NCBI GenBank assembly: GCA_016931955.1
Contig: JAFGDV010000032.1
Span: 1 to 19,829, forward strand
Length of the DNA stretch: 19,829 nt
From: Candidatus Altiarchaeota archaeon
GTDB taxonomy: Archaea; Altiarchaeota; Altiarchaeia; IMC4; QMZM01
Direction: 5' to 3'
Shown here: piece by piece, positions 1 to 8,889 of the stretch
Numbering within the stretch: position 1 is the first letter of the stretch
How the letters are laid out: each line of letters begins with the position of its first letter
Program-made: the position numbers and the translations under genes
The notes under the pieces: generated by a model
Told to the model about the DNA's origin: nothing
Databases searched by the model: none
The model's input: only the letters and a program-made list of their open reading frames with translations

Positions 1-94
1 AACCAAACACCAAAGAGATGAGCAAAACAAAAGAGAACAGCAAAGCTAAGACAAACCACCTACCACCAACCATGGACTTACACCCAATATTCAT
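1..94 (-). CDS. 5' end of a gene running off the left edge; N-terminal signal peptide or membrane anchor (MNIGCKSMVGGRWFVLALLFSFVLLISLVFG...)
   Basis: Manual translation of the minus strand from ATG at 94 (alternative in-frame ATG at 73), open to the window edge. Basic residue followed by a hydrophobic run. The ATG overlaps the TGA of the upstream small ORF (ATGA). Confidence 0.6.
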   Translation of the reverse strand, partial: MNIGCKSMVGGRWFVLALLFSFVLLISLVFG

Positions 95-243
95 TTAACC
101 AATGCCCCCAAGAATCGCATCCAGTATTTGGAAGCGGTTGGGTGGTTGACATTCATGGCAGAGGAAATCTCTTCTATGGTCAGGCCGTAGTTTTTCTCGG
201 ACAATAGGTCAAGAATGTGTTCCTTTAATCCGTTATTACGCAT
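91..243 (-). CDS. Small (50 aa) helix-turn-helix protein, possibly a truncated winged-HTH regulator
   Basis: Not in the ORF track. Manual translation MRNNGLKEHILDLLSEKNYGLTIEEISSAMNVNHPTASKYWMRFLGALVK*. ILDLL...GLTIEEIS..M.V...TASKY is a typical HTH pattern. G-rich SD-like tract upstream on the minus strand. Confidence 0.6.
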   Translation of the reverse strand: MRNNGLKEHILDLLSEKNYGLTIEEISSAMNVNHPTASKYWMRFLGALVK

Positions 244-287
244 ACCAACCCCCCAACGTTAATCGCCCCCAACGGCGAACATCAATG

Positions 288-329
288 ATTATTATATAGA
301 CATATTTATATATAAATATATTTTTATAG
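288..329. promoter_or_regulatory. AT-rich divergent promoter region with perfect 18-bp palindrome ATATTTATATATAAATAT (302-319)
   Basis: Contains a TTTATATA TATA-box match on both strands, between divergent genes starting at 243(-) and 378(+). Confidence 0.5.
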
Positions 330-377
330 TAGATGGATAAACAGATAAATAGGCGAACAAACATTTAACTAACAGAC

Positions 378-1256
378 ATGGTCCTCGAATCCGTCATAAT
401 ACCGTCAAGCATGGAGAAGACTCCAAAAAGCATGCTCTACGTGGGCTTCACATACGCCACCATCGGTCTGCTCCTGGCTTACTGGATCTTCGGAAGCTAC
501 AGCAGCCTATCAGGCGTCTTCATAACCTCCATGCCATTGGTGGTGATAATATACAACGTCCTAAAGCTGGAGGAGAGAAAAGACGAAGAATTCTGCATAT
601 ACGAGAGATACGGCAGACCGCTGAAGAGGACATTCCTGATAAAACAGCACGGTTACGCACTATCGATGTTCATGTTCCTCTTCATCGGGATGGTGATGGC
701 CTATTCACTATGGAGCACCATCCTGCCAGAAAATATGATAGACCGGCTATTCGGCTCACAGATAGAGACAATCAGGATCATAAACCCAAGCATACCGACC
801 GCAGACTTCGTGGACCCAAACAACCCGCTATTGAACATACTATACAACAACTTCAAGGTGTTGATGTTCTGCATCCTCTTCTCGTTCCTCTACGGCTCAG
901 GGGCCATATTCATCCTCACATGGAACGCATCCGTCCTAGGGGTCGCAGTAGGAAGCATCATAAGAAACTCACTGGTGAATTACACCCACTTGAGCAGGTC
1001 CAGCTTCCTATACAACTATCTGGGGTCGTTCTCCATAAGCTTCAGCTTCGCAATACACGGAATACCGGAGATAGCAGCATACTTCCTGGGTTCTTTAGGG
1101 GGCGGCATCATCTCCGTCGCGGTGGTAAACCATAAGCTTGGGTCACAGGAATTCAGGAGCATAGTAATAGATTCGATCGACTTAATACTGCTGTCGGCTG
1201 CGATCCTACTGCTCGCAGGGATAATAGAGATCTATATAACCCCCGCCCTGATATGA
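378..1256 (+). CDS. SpoIIM-family (stage II sporulation protein M-like) integral membrane protein
   Basis: Multiple TM segments. Family motifs ILYNNFKV, WNASVLG, HGIPEIAAY and AGIIEIYITP. Confidence 0.8.
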   Translation: MVLESVIIPSSMEKTPKSMLYVGFTYATIGLLLAYWIFGSYSSLSGVFITSMPLVVIIYNVLKLEERKDEEFCIYERYGRPLKRTFLIKQHGYALSMFMFLFIGMVMAYSLWSTILPENMIDRLFGSQIETIRIINPSIPTADFVDPNNPLLNILYNNFKVLMFCILFSFLYGSGAIFILTWNASVLGVAVGSIIRNSLVNYTHLSRSSFLYNYLGSFSISFSFAIHGIPEIAAYFLGSLGGGIISVAVVNHKLGSQEFRSIVIDSIDLILLSAAILLLAGIIEIYITPALI

Positions 1257-1535
1257 TCACCTGATGAAGACTACCGGTACATCAACTTCTTCCTCTGGAA
1301 TCTCCTTGTTCAACCTAACCGCAAGCCTGTAGGCATCGAAAGCGGCAATCAAACTCGCAACAAGACTCAACACAAAGCCTAAATCCCTGTTGTAGTGGAT
1401 ATACAGCGCACCTGTTAAGACCTCCAAGGAAAGGAATACAGCAGCCCTAAGATACTTACCCACGTATAGCTGACCAGTTCCAGCGATCAGGAAAGACAGG
1501 ATTGCTGCATGAACGGGGTTTCTTTTTTCAGCCAC
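1257..1535 (-). CDS. Small membrane protein, TM2-like N-terminus
   Basis: KRNPVHAAILSFLIAGTGQLYVGK matches the common K.P..A.ILS.L.PG.GQ.Y.G pattern. Two to three hydrophobic segments. Confidence 0.7.
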   Translation of the reverse strand: MAEKRNPVHAAILSFLIAGTGQLYVGKYLRAAVFLSLEVLTGALYIHYNRDLGFVLSLVASLIAAFDAYRLAVRLNKEIPEEEVDVPVVFIR

Positions 1536-1568
1536 TTTATTACTTATTCATCGTCTGCGATAAAATAA

Positions 1569-2399
1569 ATGGAGACGATGGAATTCAAGATAGACACGAG
1601 GAAGAGCATACCAGAGAACGCAGAACACTACTACCAGGAGGCGAAGAAGGCGCAGAAGAAGGTGGAAGGCGCCAGAAAAGCACTACAGGATACGCTAAAG
1701 AAAAAAGAGAGACTTGAGGGGGAGAGAAAAAACATCAAGGAAACCAATATCCCAGAAAAAAAAGAAAAAAAGGAGAGGAAATGGTATGACTCATTCAGGT
1801 GGTTCACTTCAAGCGACGGATTCCTCGTAATCGGAGGAAAAGATGCTGCAACCAATGAAATCCTAATCAAGAAACACCTGGAGAAAGGGGATCTTGTATT
1901 CCATGCCGACGTGCAGGGTGCGCCATTCTTTGTGGTGAAGAATCCAGAGAACAAAGAGATACCCACCTCTACGTTAGATGAGGCGGCGGAGATGGCAGCA
2001 TCCTATTCAAAGGCCTGGCAGGCAGGTTGGGGAAGCTGCGACGTCTACTACGTGAATCCAGAACAGGTATCCAAGACGACGAAGGCTGGAGAATACCTCA
2101 CAAAGGGTGCGTTCATGATCTACGGGAAAAAAAACTGGTTCAAGCGGACAGAGCTTAAAATAGGCATAGGATCCAAGGGAGAGGAAATCATCGGCGGCCC
2201 GGTCTCCATGATAGAGAAGGGGGCAAAATACTCTGTTAAGATAGGCCCCGGAGAGAAGAAATCAAAACAGCTAGCAGAGGATATAAGGAAGAAGCTGCTC
2301 GAGAAAGCGGGGAAAGAAGAAAGGGAAAAGATCAAAGCAACCGGCCTTGAGGAAATCCAGAAATGGATTCCGGCAGGAAAGGGGAGGGTTAAAGAATGA
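1569..2399 (+). CDS. NFACT RNA-binding (DUF814) domain protein; N-terminally reduced Rqc2/NEMF homolog
   Basis: Motifs SIPENAEHYYQEAKK, WYDSFRWF.SSDGFLVIGGKDAATNE, FHADVQGAP, AASYSKAW, QVSKT...GEYLTKGAFMIYGKKN. Start may be 1578. Confidence 0.85.
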   Translation: METMEFKIDTRKSIPENAEHYYQEAKKAQKKVEGARKALQDTLKKKERLEGERKNIKETNIPEKKEKKERKWYDSFRWFTSSDGFLVIGGKDAATNEILIKKHLEKGDLVFHADVQGAPFFVVKNPENKEIPTSTLDEAAEMAASYSKAWQAGWGSCDVYYVNPEQVSKTTKAGEYLTKGAFMIYGKKNWFKRTELKIGIGSKGEEIIGGPVSMIEKGAKYSVKIGPGEKKSKQLAEDIRKKLLEKAGKEEREKIKATGLEEIQKWIPAGKGRVKE

Positions 2400-2887
2400 A
2401 GAAAAAGATTGATGAAGTGGTGGACTTTTTCGTGAAAGAGGTCAAGGATCTCCCGAAGATAGAGGGGGAAGTCAACGTATTACTTGATGTATTGGATAAA
2501 CCGCTTAATCTATCAGGTGATTGGAGGAGAGACTACCAGAGTATATCGGATCTTGAAATCAACGCAAAAAAGGCCCTGGAGGTCCTCACACCATTGGCGG
2601 AGGTTCCAGTAGGATTGGGGGACAGCTTCATCTCCCTCAGAACGGCATGCGAAAAAGTAAAAGGGGATTTAATGGAGAAAAAAATGGCAGATGAAGAACA
2701 GATAAAGACCATCGAATTAAACAGGAGAAACCTAGTGTTCAGGCTAAGGAACTTCATCAAGGACATCGAACCCAGGGAGAGGAAAGCATTGAAGAGGATA
2801 CTCGCCATGTTAGAAGAAAACAAGAAGCTGAAGAAGAGGGTTCAGAGGCTGGAAGCCGAAAACAAGAAGCTGAAGAAATCGATGTAG
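2396..2887 (+). CDS. Hypothetical helical protein with C-terminal coiled coil
   Basis: ATGA overlap with the upstream gene, charged helical composition, heptad tail LEENKKLKKRVQRLEAENKKLKK. Confidence 0.7.
   Translation: MKKKIDEVVDFFVKEVKDLPKIEGEVNVLLDVLDKPLNLSGDWRRDYQSISDLEINAKKALEVLTPLAEVPVGLGDSFISLRTACEKVKGDLMEKKMADEEQIKTIELNRRNLVFRLRNFIKDIEPRERKALKRILAMLEENKKLKKRVQRLEAENKKLKKSM
2816..2877 (+). repeat. Perfect 20-bp direct repeat GAAAACAAGAAGCTGAAGAA (2816-2835 and 2858-2877), 42-nt period
   Basis: Read directly from the sequence; encodes ENKKLKK twice. Confidence 0.85.
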
Positions 2888-2959
2888 GAGAGTGCACAAA
2901 AAGAGGGTAGCCAATACTATGGGCATCAAAGAAGTTCATTACCCCTATAAAAAATCCTC

Positions 2960-3280
2960 TCAGACCTCTTCGAGAAGGGTAAGCGTGTAGTCCAATATCT
3001 TAACTAGCTGCTTTCTGGTCTCCTCTGGGTGTTTCTCGTTAAGCCTAACCTTCGCGAACTCCATGCTCAAGGCCTTACAGCCGACTACGTCATTAATCCA
3101 GGCTGCAAAGTCGTTTCTCCCATCCATGTGGAATATCAGAGAAGTGTCTGGTACTCCCTCTATCGCCGTCTTCAGAGCAGTCAGTGTCAGTATCTCAACT
3201 ATGACATCGTCGTGGTCGTTCTTCAGTTTGAAGGACGCTTCAAGATCAACTGGTCTAAGATAGGGATGCTGCTGTTCCAT
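2960..3280 (-). CDS. DUF5752-like small protein (106 aa)
   Basis: True start likely MEQQHPYL at 3280, since the longer ORF overlaps the upstream gene. Motif SLIFH...RNDFAAWINDVVG...L is characteristic of the family. Confidence 0.7.
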   Translation of the reverse strand: MEQQHPYLRPVDLEASFKLKNDHDDVIVEILTLTALKTAIEGVPDTSLIFHMDGRNDFAAWINDVVGCKALSMEFAKVRLNEKHPEETRKQLVKILDYTLTLLEEV

Positions 3281-3315
3281 GTGATAAATAATATAAAGAT
3301 TCGGGTATATATACT

Positions 3316-4293
3316 TTATCCTTGTTTGATGAACAACCAAGAATACCTTATACTGAACAAGACTAGTAGAAAGGCTGCGAGAACTAAAAACGGATTCCTG
3401 GTCACAAAGTAGATTAGTGCTGAGACGATCAAGACGGCAAGTTTGCTTCTTATGGACAAGAGCGCGAAATTCGCCCCAACATAGATCAAAGGAATAGAAG
3501 ACAGCAGCAGGGAAATCGAAACCAATAAGATGAACAGAATCCACCTGAACGCGAGAACCACGTAATGGGCTGTTAGAGGATACTCTGACAGATAGAACAC
3601 TGCCGCCAGAAAAAGAAGCAGAACTATAGTTCCAAGAGGGCGCCTTAGCAGTGAGGAAAACACGCCCTTAAAGTCCACGCTGCTCGGAGCCGACCCTAAG
3701 CCAAAGCAGACCTGCAGATACAGGAGTAGAAACACAATAGGTTTAGAGGCGACGTAGGAAAACTGCTGATAGAATGCCTTGACTATGGAATACATGGAGT
3801 CTAGGATGGGGGAAAGGTTGTTGGCTTCAACAAGCGCGGGTGTGATAAATCCCCCAGAATGGTATTCCAGGGTAAAGTTCATCAAGGCTACGAGGACGAT
3901 GCCGCAGCCGAAGAATGGGGCGAATCCGACGACGAAGCACCTTATCACTGAAAGGCTGTCTCTGGGCTGCTCATACTCAACAGAGCCAAGGTTTCCGTCA
4001 TGGGACCTGAAGCGGAATAATGACAGGGAGGTGATCTGGCAGCCGGTAAGCTTCGCAGCCACGGCATGGGAGACCTCATGCAGTATCGTTCCTGGAGCGA
4101 TTAACAGCCTGAACCAGACCGCCTTAAGTTTAGCGTAGAGGTAGACCTCGATGAAGTCGTTCAACAGTATCTGGATAGCAAATAATAAGGGAATCAAGGC
4201 GACATAGTTCCTAAGAACGAAGCCATCTAAAAAGTGCCAGGCTACAATAGATAATAAGACAAACACTGATACTATAAGAGCCCTGTATTCCAT
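3316..4293 (-). CDS. Membrane-embedded zinc metalloprotease, M50-like
   Basis: PGTILHEVSHA (HExxH), GFAPFFG, PSSVD as candidate third ligand, multiple TMs. Confidence 0.75.
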   Translation of the reverse strand: MEYRALIVSVFVLLSIVAWHFLDGFVLRNYVALIPLLFAIQILLNDFIEVYLYAKLKAVWFRLLIAPGTILHEVSHAVAAKLTGCQITSLSLFRFRSHDGNLGSVEYEQPRDSLSVIRCFVVGFAPFFGCGIVLVALMNFTLEYHSGGFITPALVEANNLSPILDSMYSIVKAFYQQFSYVASKPIVFLLLYLQVCFGLGSAPSSVDFKGVFSSLLRRPLGTIVLLLFLAAVFYLSEYPLTAHYVVLAFRWILFILLVSISLLLSSIPLIYVGANFALLSIRSKLAVLIVSALIYFVTRNPFLVLAAFLLVLFSIRYSWLFIKQG

Positions 4294-4335
4294 GGTATTT
4301 ATCTATTCTCATATAACGCAAAAAGTATTAATGAA

Positions 4336-5433
4336 ATGGCTTCACTGGAGGAAAAAATCAGAGAGATCGAAGAAGAAATACAGAAGACTCCATACAATAA
4401 GGCGACACAGCACCACATAGGCAAACTGAAGGCTAAAATAGCCAGGCTCCGGGAGAGCGCGGAGAAGAGGGGCGGCAAAGGGAAAGGGGCTGGGTTCGCA
4501 GTCAAGAAGAGCGGAGACGCTACCATAGCATTGGTTGGATTCCCTTCAGTAGGCAAGTCCACCCTCCTCAACAAGCTGACGGATGCTAGATCAAGGGTAG
4601 GAGACTACGATTTCACGACAGTAGACGTCATACCCGGCGTCATGTTCCACCAGGGGGCGAAGATCCAGGTACTGGACATACCGGGGGTTATCACCGGCGC
4701 GTCCTCTGGTAGGGGGCGGGGCAGGGAAATCCTCTCGATAATAAGGAACGTCGAACTCATCCTAATACTTGTAGATGTGCTGCACCCAGAACACCTCAAG
4801 GTCATAGAGAAGGAATTATACGACGTCGGAATAAGATTGAGTCAGAACCCGCCGAAGGTGGGCATAAAGAGGATCTTCAAGGGCGGCCTGAAGGTGGTGT
4901 CAAGCATCCCCCTCAAGAGGATTAACGTGGAAACGATCAGAGAGATACTGAACGTTAACGGCATACATTCAGCAGAGGTTACCCTTCATGAGGACCTAGA
5001 CGAGGAACGATTCATCGATGCCGTCATGAAGAACCGCGTCTATCTGCCCTGCATCATAGCACTAAACAAGATGGACACAGTAGATGAACACCTGATTATG
5101 GAACTGACGGAAAGAATTGGGAAAAAAGCCATACCCATCTCGGCTGAATCGGGGAAAAACCTCGACATCCTGCGAGAAGAGATATTCAGTAAACTGGGGA
5201 TCATGAGGTTGTACATGAAGCCCCAAGGCGGCGAACCAGACTACAAGGAACCCTTGATCATGAGAAAGAATTCCTCAGTCGGCGAAGTATGCGATTTACT
5301 CCACAAAGACATGAGAAAGAAATTCAAATATGCGATAGTCAACGGAAGATCCGCAAGATTCAAGGACCAGATTGTCGGCTTAGAGCATATATTAGATGAC
5401 GAGGATATCTTAACAATAGTCAAGAAGAGATAA
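4336..5433 (+). CDS. drg: DRG-family (Obg superfamily) ribosome-interacting GTPase with C-terminal TGS domain
   Basis: TPYNKATQHHIGKLKAK, GFPSVGKST, YDFTT, DIPG, NKMD, ISA, C-terminal VGLEHILDDEDILTI. Confidence 0.95.
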   Translation: MASLEEKIREIEEEIQKTPYNKATQHHIGKLKAKIARLRESAEKRGGKGKGAGFAVKKSGDATIALVGFPSVGKSTLLNKLTDARSRVGDYDFTTVDVIPGVMFHQGAKIQVLDIPGVITGASSGRGRGREILSIIRNVELILILVDVLHPEHLKVIEKELYDVGIRLSQNPPKVGIKRIFKGGLKVVSSIPLKRINVETIREILNVNGIHSAEVTLHEDLDEERFIDAVMKNRVYLPCIIALNKMDTVDEHLIMELTERIGKKAIPISAESGKNLDILREEIFSKLGIMRLYMKPQGGEPDYKEPLIMRKNSSVGEVCDLLHKDMRKKFKYAIVNGRSARFKDQIVGLEHILDDEDILTIVKKR

Positions 5434-5434
5434 A

Positions 5435-6337
5435 ATGGGGTTCATGAAGAATGCCTTCATCGTATTTCTCGCTTTCACGCTAGTATTCGACATCCTGCTG
5501 ATTGCAGCAATCAATATGATAAACTCCACACTACTGAATCCCGACTTCATAGTGAGGGAGCTTGACAGATTAGGTTTCTATTCCATGATACAGGACCACT
5601 TTGCAGAGTCCGCCGGCAGCCCTGAGTTCGCTGACGTTATCAGGAAGTCCATACCCGAATCCTGGATCCGAGAAAACTTTAAGCGGGTTTTATGTAACAC
5701 ATTCAACTACTTGAACTCTGAAACCGCTTCACTGAATGCGACAATTTCACTGATCGAGGTCAAAGAGAAACTGTTGGCTGAATTACCTGCTTCCTCAATA
5801 AATTTGGGCCCTGTCAAGATCGAATTAGATGAGCAGATCCCGGACAGCATCGACTTATCAGAGGGAATCAACTCATCAGGCCTGCTTACGCAGCTTAAGG
5901 CTTTCATAGGATACCTCAGGCTCTTCTACAGTATCCTAATACTGGCTGCTTTTGTTATTGTCTCACTGATCGTGGTGATTTCCAAGGATCTGAGGAAGAT
6001 AAGCCTCACACTCTCATCTGCGTTGTTAGCTTCTGGATTGCTGGCCTATTGTGCTCCCATGATAGCATCCATCCTCTTATTCAACCGAATAAAGGGGATG
6101 GATTTACCTGCCTTCCTTCCGGCTGATTCTCTCATAACGATGCTCGATGAGGGGATGCAGCCCATGAGAGACCAAGGAGTGCTTCTTTTCTCAGCGGGAA
6201 TAATCCTATTCGCCTCATTCATCCTGTTGAAGACCCACGAAGCCAGAAGAGAAATCAAAAAAGAAGAAGAAACAGAACAACTCTTGCTGGAGGAGGTCTG
6301 CGGAGAAACCGGAGAAGACGACTTTGATGAAATGTAG
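5435..6337 (+). CDS. Hypothetical membrane protein (N-terminal TM, soluble domain, three C-terminal TMs, acidic tail)
   Basis: 300-aa ORF starting 1 nt after the drg stop; hydropathy pattern read by eye. Confidence 0.7.
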   Translation: MGFMKNAFIVFLAFTLVFDILLIAAINMINSTLLNPDFIVRELDRLGFYSMIQDHFAESAGSPEFADVIRKSIPESWIRENFKRVLCNTFNYLNSETASLNATISLIEVKEKLLAELPASSINLGPVKIELDEQIPDSIDLSEGINSSGLLTQLKAFIGYLRLFYSILILAAFVIVSLIVVISKDLRKISLTLSSALLASGLLAYCAPMIASILLFNRIKGMDLPAFLPADSLITMLDEGMQPMRDQGVLLFSAGIILFASFILLKTHEARREIKKEEETEQLLLEEVCGETGEDDFDEM

Positions 6338-6340
6338 TGC

Positions 6341-6865
6341 CTAACCCTCGATCTTTCCGACCAGTTCCTGAACCAATTGGTTTCTGTTCTGGAAGCTTAC
6401 TTCTATTATTTCCGTGTCCTGTCTCTTCCTTATCCCCTCAGTGAAGCCGTCACGGGAAAGCTTAATTGTTCCGAAGACCCTGCCGGTGTCTAATGCCTTC
6501 AGAACGGCATCTTTGAATCTTTCAGAAAACAACTCCATCTTGCCGATCTCGTCTACTACGATCAAGTCCTTACCCAGGGAATCAAGGACGCTCTTGACTC
6601 CAATATTCTCTAAGTCGCTAATATTGACTCCGTATCTGCCGACCCTGAATCCGCTGACAAGGTCTACGTGGGATAAAACGCCCTGTTTTCCGTCCAAGGA
6701 CACGATCCGGAATCCAACCCTAAGCCCTCTTTCACGGATCTCTTCAGTATAGAAGCCGCCTACATTCACGATCTTGAGTTCCTCCAAGACCCTCATGATC
6801 AAGGAGGTCTTCCCAACCCTGGGAGGACCCGCCAACAAGATATTCGCCCTTATTTTCTGTGTCAT
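6341..6865 (-). CDS. Nucleoside-triphosphatase, THEP1/NTPase_1 family
   Basis: GPPRVGKT Walker A, GGFYTEEIRE.G.RVGF, RVGRYGV, VVDEIGKMEL. Confidence 0.92.
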   Translation of the reverse strand: MTQKIRANILLAGPPRVGKTSLIMRVLEELKIVNVGGFYTEEIRERGLRVGFRIVSLDGKQGVLSHVDLVSGFRVGRYGVNISDLENIGVKSVLDSLGKDLIVVDEIGKMELFSERFKDAVLKALDTGRVFGTIKLSRDGFTEGIRKRQDTEIIEVSFQNRNQLVQELVGKIEG

Positions 6866-6881
6866 CCTATAATACTAACGT

Positions 6882-8039
6882 ATGCTGAATGAGGTAATAA
6901 AGCTCGGGGTTGATGGAAGAGAGATCTTCCTAATTGGGACAGCGCACGTCTCAAAAGAGAGCGTCGACTTGGTGAAAAAGGTCATCGAAGAAGAAGATCC
7001 TGACGTTGTTGCGGTCGAACTCGACGAGCAGAGATACGAGTCACTGATGAACAAAAAAAAGTGGGATGAGACAGAGATTCATAAAGTCATAAAAGAGAAA
7101 AAGACACACCTCTTTCTTCTACAACTGCTGCTGACAAACTTCCAACGAAAGATAGGGGACGAGCTCGGAATAAAACCAGGGTCAGAGATGCTTAAGGCAG
7201 CTGAGACCGCCAGAGAAAAAAACATCAGGATAGCGTTAGTGGACAGGGATATTAGGATTACATTGAAGAGGGCATTCAACAGGATGGGCCTCAAAGAAAA
7301 ATTCTCAATATTCTACAGCCTCTTCTCGGGAGTATTTGAACGAGAAGAGATCACCGAAGATTTACTGGATAGATTGAAGGACAAGGATGTGATGACTGAG
7401 ATGATGCAAGAACTCGCAAAAGAAATACCCTCAATAAAGGAGGTCCTACTGGATGAGAGAGACAAATACATAGCGCAGAAGATACGCGAATTAGAGGGAA
7501 GAAAGATCGTCGCCGTGGTGGGAGCAGGACACGTTGGAGGGATAAAAGAGATCATAGAATCAGGGAAGAAAGAGGATGTAAGCGAACTGAAGAGCATACC
7601 AGAGAAGAAAAGCTTGTGGAGGTATGCAGGCTACCTGATACCTTTAATCTTCTTCTCATTGGTTGTGTGGGGGTTCCATACCAATGGAGCAGATCTTACA
7701 TTGGAGATGCTGGAGAAGTGGTTCCTGATAAATGGAGTACTGTCTGCTTTGGGGGCCGCGTTAGCCCTAGGCCATCCCCTGTCTGTGCTCACGGCTTTCC
7801 TTGCCGCACCATTCACCTCACTTAATCCGACGGTTGCAGCCGGCTGGTTTGCCGGCTTAACGGAAGCCTGGTTGAGAAAACCGAAGGTCAAAGACTTCGA
7901 CAACCTATTCAAGCTGGACAGCATAAGAGACTACTGGAGTAATGGGGTGACGAGAATCCTCTTAGTGATAATATTCGCAAACCTGGGAAGCTCAATCGGC
8001 ACATTCATCGCATTACCTTATCTTGCAACCTTGATCTAA
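6882..8039 (+). CDS. traB: TraB/PrgY (TraB/GumN) family protein with C-terminal TM domain
   Basis: GTAHVS, VAVELD, PGSEM, ERD, VVGAGH, APFTSLNP, NLGSSIGT. Confidence 0.92.
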   Translation: MLNEVIKLGVDGREIFLIGTAHVSKESVDLVKKVIEEEDPDVVAVELDEQRYESLMNKKKWDETEIHKVIKEKKTHLFLLQLLLTNFQRKIGDELGIKPGSEMLKAAETAREKNIRIALVDRDIRITLKRAFNRMGLKEKFSIFYSLFSGVFEREEITEDLLDRLKDKDVMTEMMQELAKEIPSIKEVLLDERDKYIAQKIRELEGRKIVAVVGAGHVGGIKEIIESGKKEDVSELKSIPEKKSLWRYAGYLIPLIFFSLVVWGFHTNGADLTLEMLEKWFLINGVLSALGAALALGHPLSVLTAFLAAPFTSLNPTVAAGWFAGLTEAWLRKPKVKDFDNLFKLDSIRDYWSNGVTRILLVIIFANLGSSIGTFIALPYLATLI

Positions 8040-8040
8040 G

Positions 8041-8886
8041 ATGGAAGAGAAAACCAGACTCTTTGGAGTTATTGGTCACCCGATAAAGCATTCCCTGTCG
8101 CCGATAATGCACAACGCAGCATTCAAGAAGCTCGGATTAAGGTGCAGCTACTCCGCCTTTGACGTGGCTCCGGAAGACCTCGAAGCCTTTGTTGAAAGAT
8201 GCAGAGAAAACAACTTCTCCGGCTTTAACGTGACCGTTCCCTATAAGGAAAAGATCATGGAATACCTGGATTCAGTGGACGAAAACTCTAAGCTGATTAA
8301 CGCAGTGAACACGGTAAAGCTCGAAGGCAGGCTTTTAGTGGGATATAACACAGACGGCTTAGGTTGCGTAAAGGCCTTAGGGGAAGCTGGGGAAAAAATC
8401 AAGGGAAAACGCGTGCTCTTATTGGGTGCTGGAGGTGCTGCCCGCGCTATTTCATTCCAGTGCGTCTTGGAGGGCGCAGAACTTATGATCTCGAACAGGA
8501 CCATGATGAAAGCGATGGACCTCTCAAAGGAGATAAAAGAAAAACTAGGTAGAAGGGTCTTGGTCGTGAACTACTCGGAAAAATCGCTGAAAGACATAAT
8601 GCCCTGCGTGGATGTTCTAGTAAATACAACAACGGTGGGAATGCACCCCAAGATACATAGTAGCCCAATATCCATGGAGGCCTTAAGGAAGGAGGTCACC
8701 GTAATGGATATAATATATAATCCACTGGAAACACAGCTACTGAGGAACGCTAAGAAGAAAGGCTGCAAGACAATCAACGGAGTGGGGATGCTAGTCCACC
8801 AAGGAGCTGAGTCATTGAGGATATGGCTCAACACAAAACCGCCAACAGAAGAGATGAGGAAAGCGGTGATGGAAAAACTCGGATGA
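8041..8886 (+). CDS. aroE: Shikimate dehydrogenase
   Basis: GHPIKHSLSP.MHN, NVTVPYKE, AVNT, NTDG, GAGGAAR, DIIYNP, MLVHQG. Confidence 0.96.
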   Translation: MEEKTRLFGVIGHPIKHSLSPIMHNAAFKKLGLRCSYSAFDVAPEDLEAFVERCRENNFSGFNVTVPYKEKIMEYLDSVDENSKLINAVNTVKLEGRLLVGYNTDGLGCVKALGEAGEKIKGKRVLLLGAGGAARAISFQCVLEGAELMISNRTMMKAMDLSKEIKEKLGRRVLVVNYSEKSLKDIMPCVDVLVNTTTVGMHPKIHSSPISMEALRKEVTVMDIIYNPLETQLLRNAKKKGCKTINGVGMLVHQGAESLRIWLNTKPPTEEMRKAVMEKLG

Positions 8887-8889
8887 TTG

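Noticed and set aside
378-1256. Sporulation implied by the SpoIIM name, and conjugation implied by TraB at 6882-8039
   Set aside because: Both families are widespread in non-sporulating, non-conjugative archaea; no supporting genes are present.
3281-3544. N-terminal extension of the 194-aa ORF 2960..3544
   Set aside because: Overlaps the protease gene on the same strand in another frame and crosses an AT-rich spacer; recognisable sequence begins at 3280.
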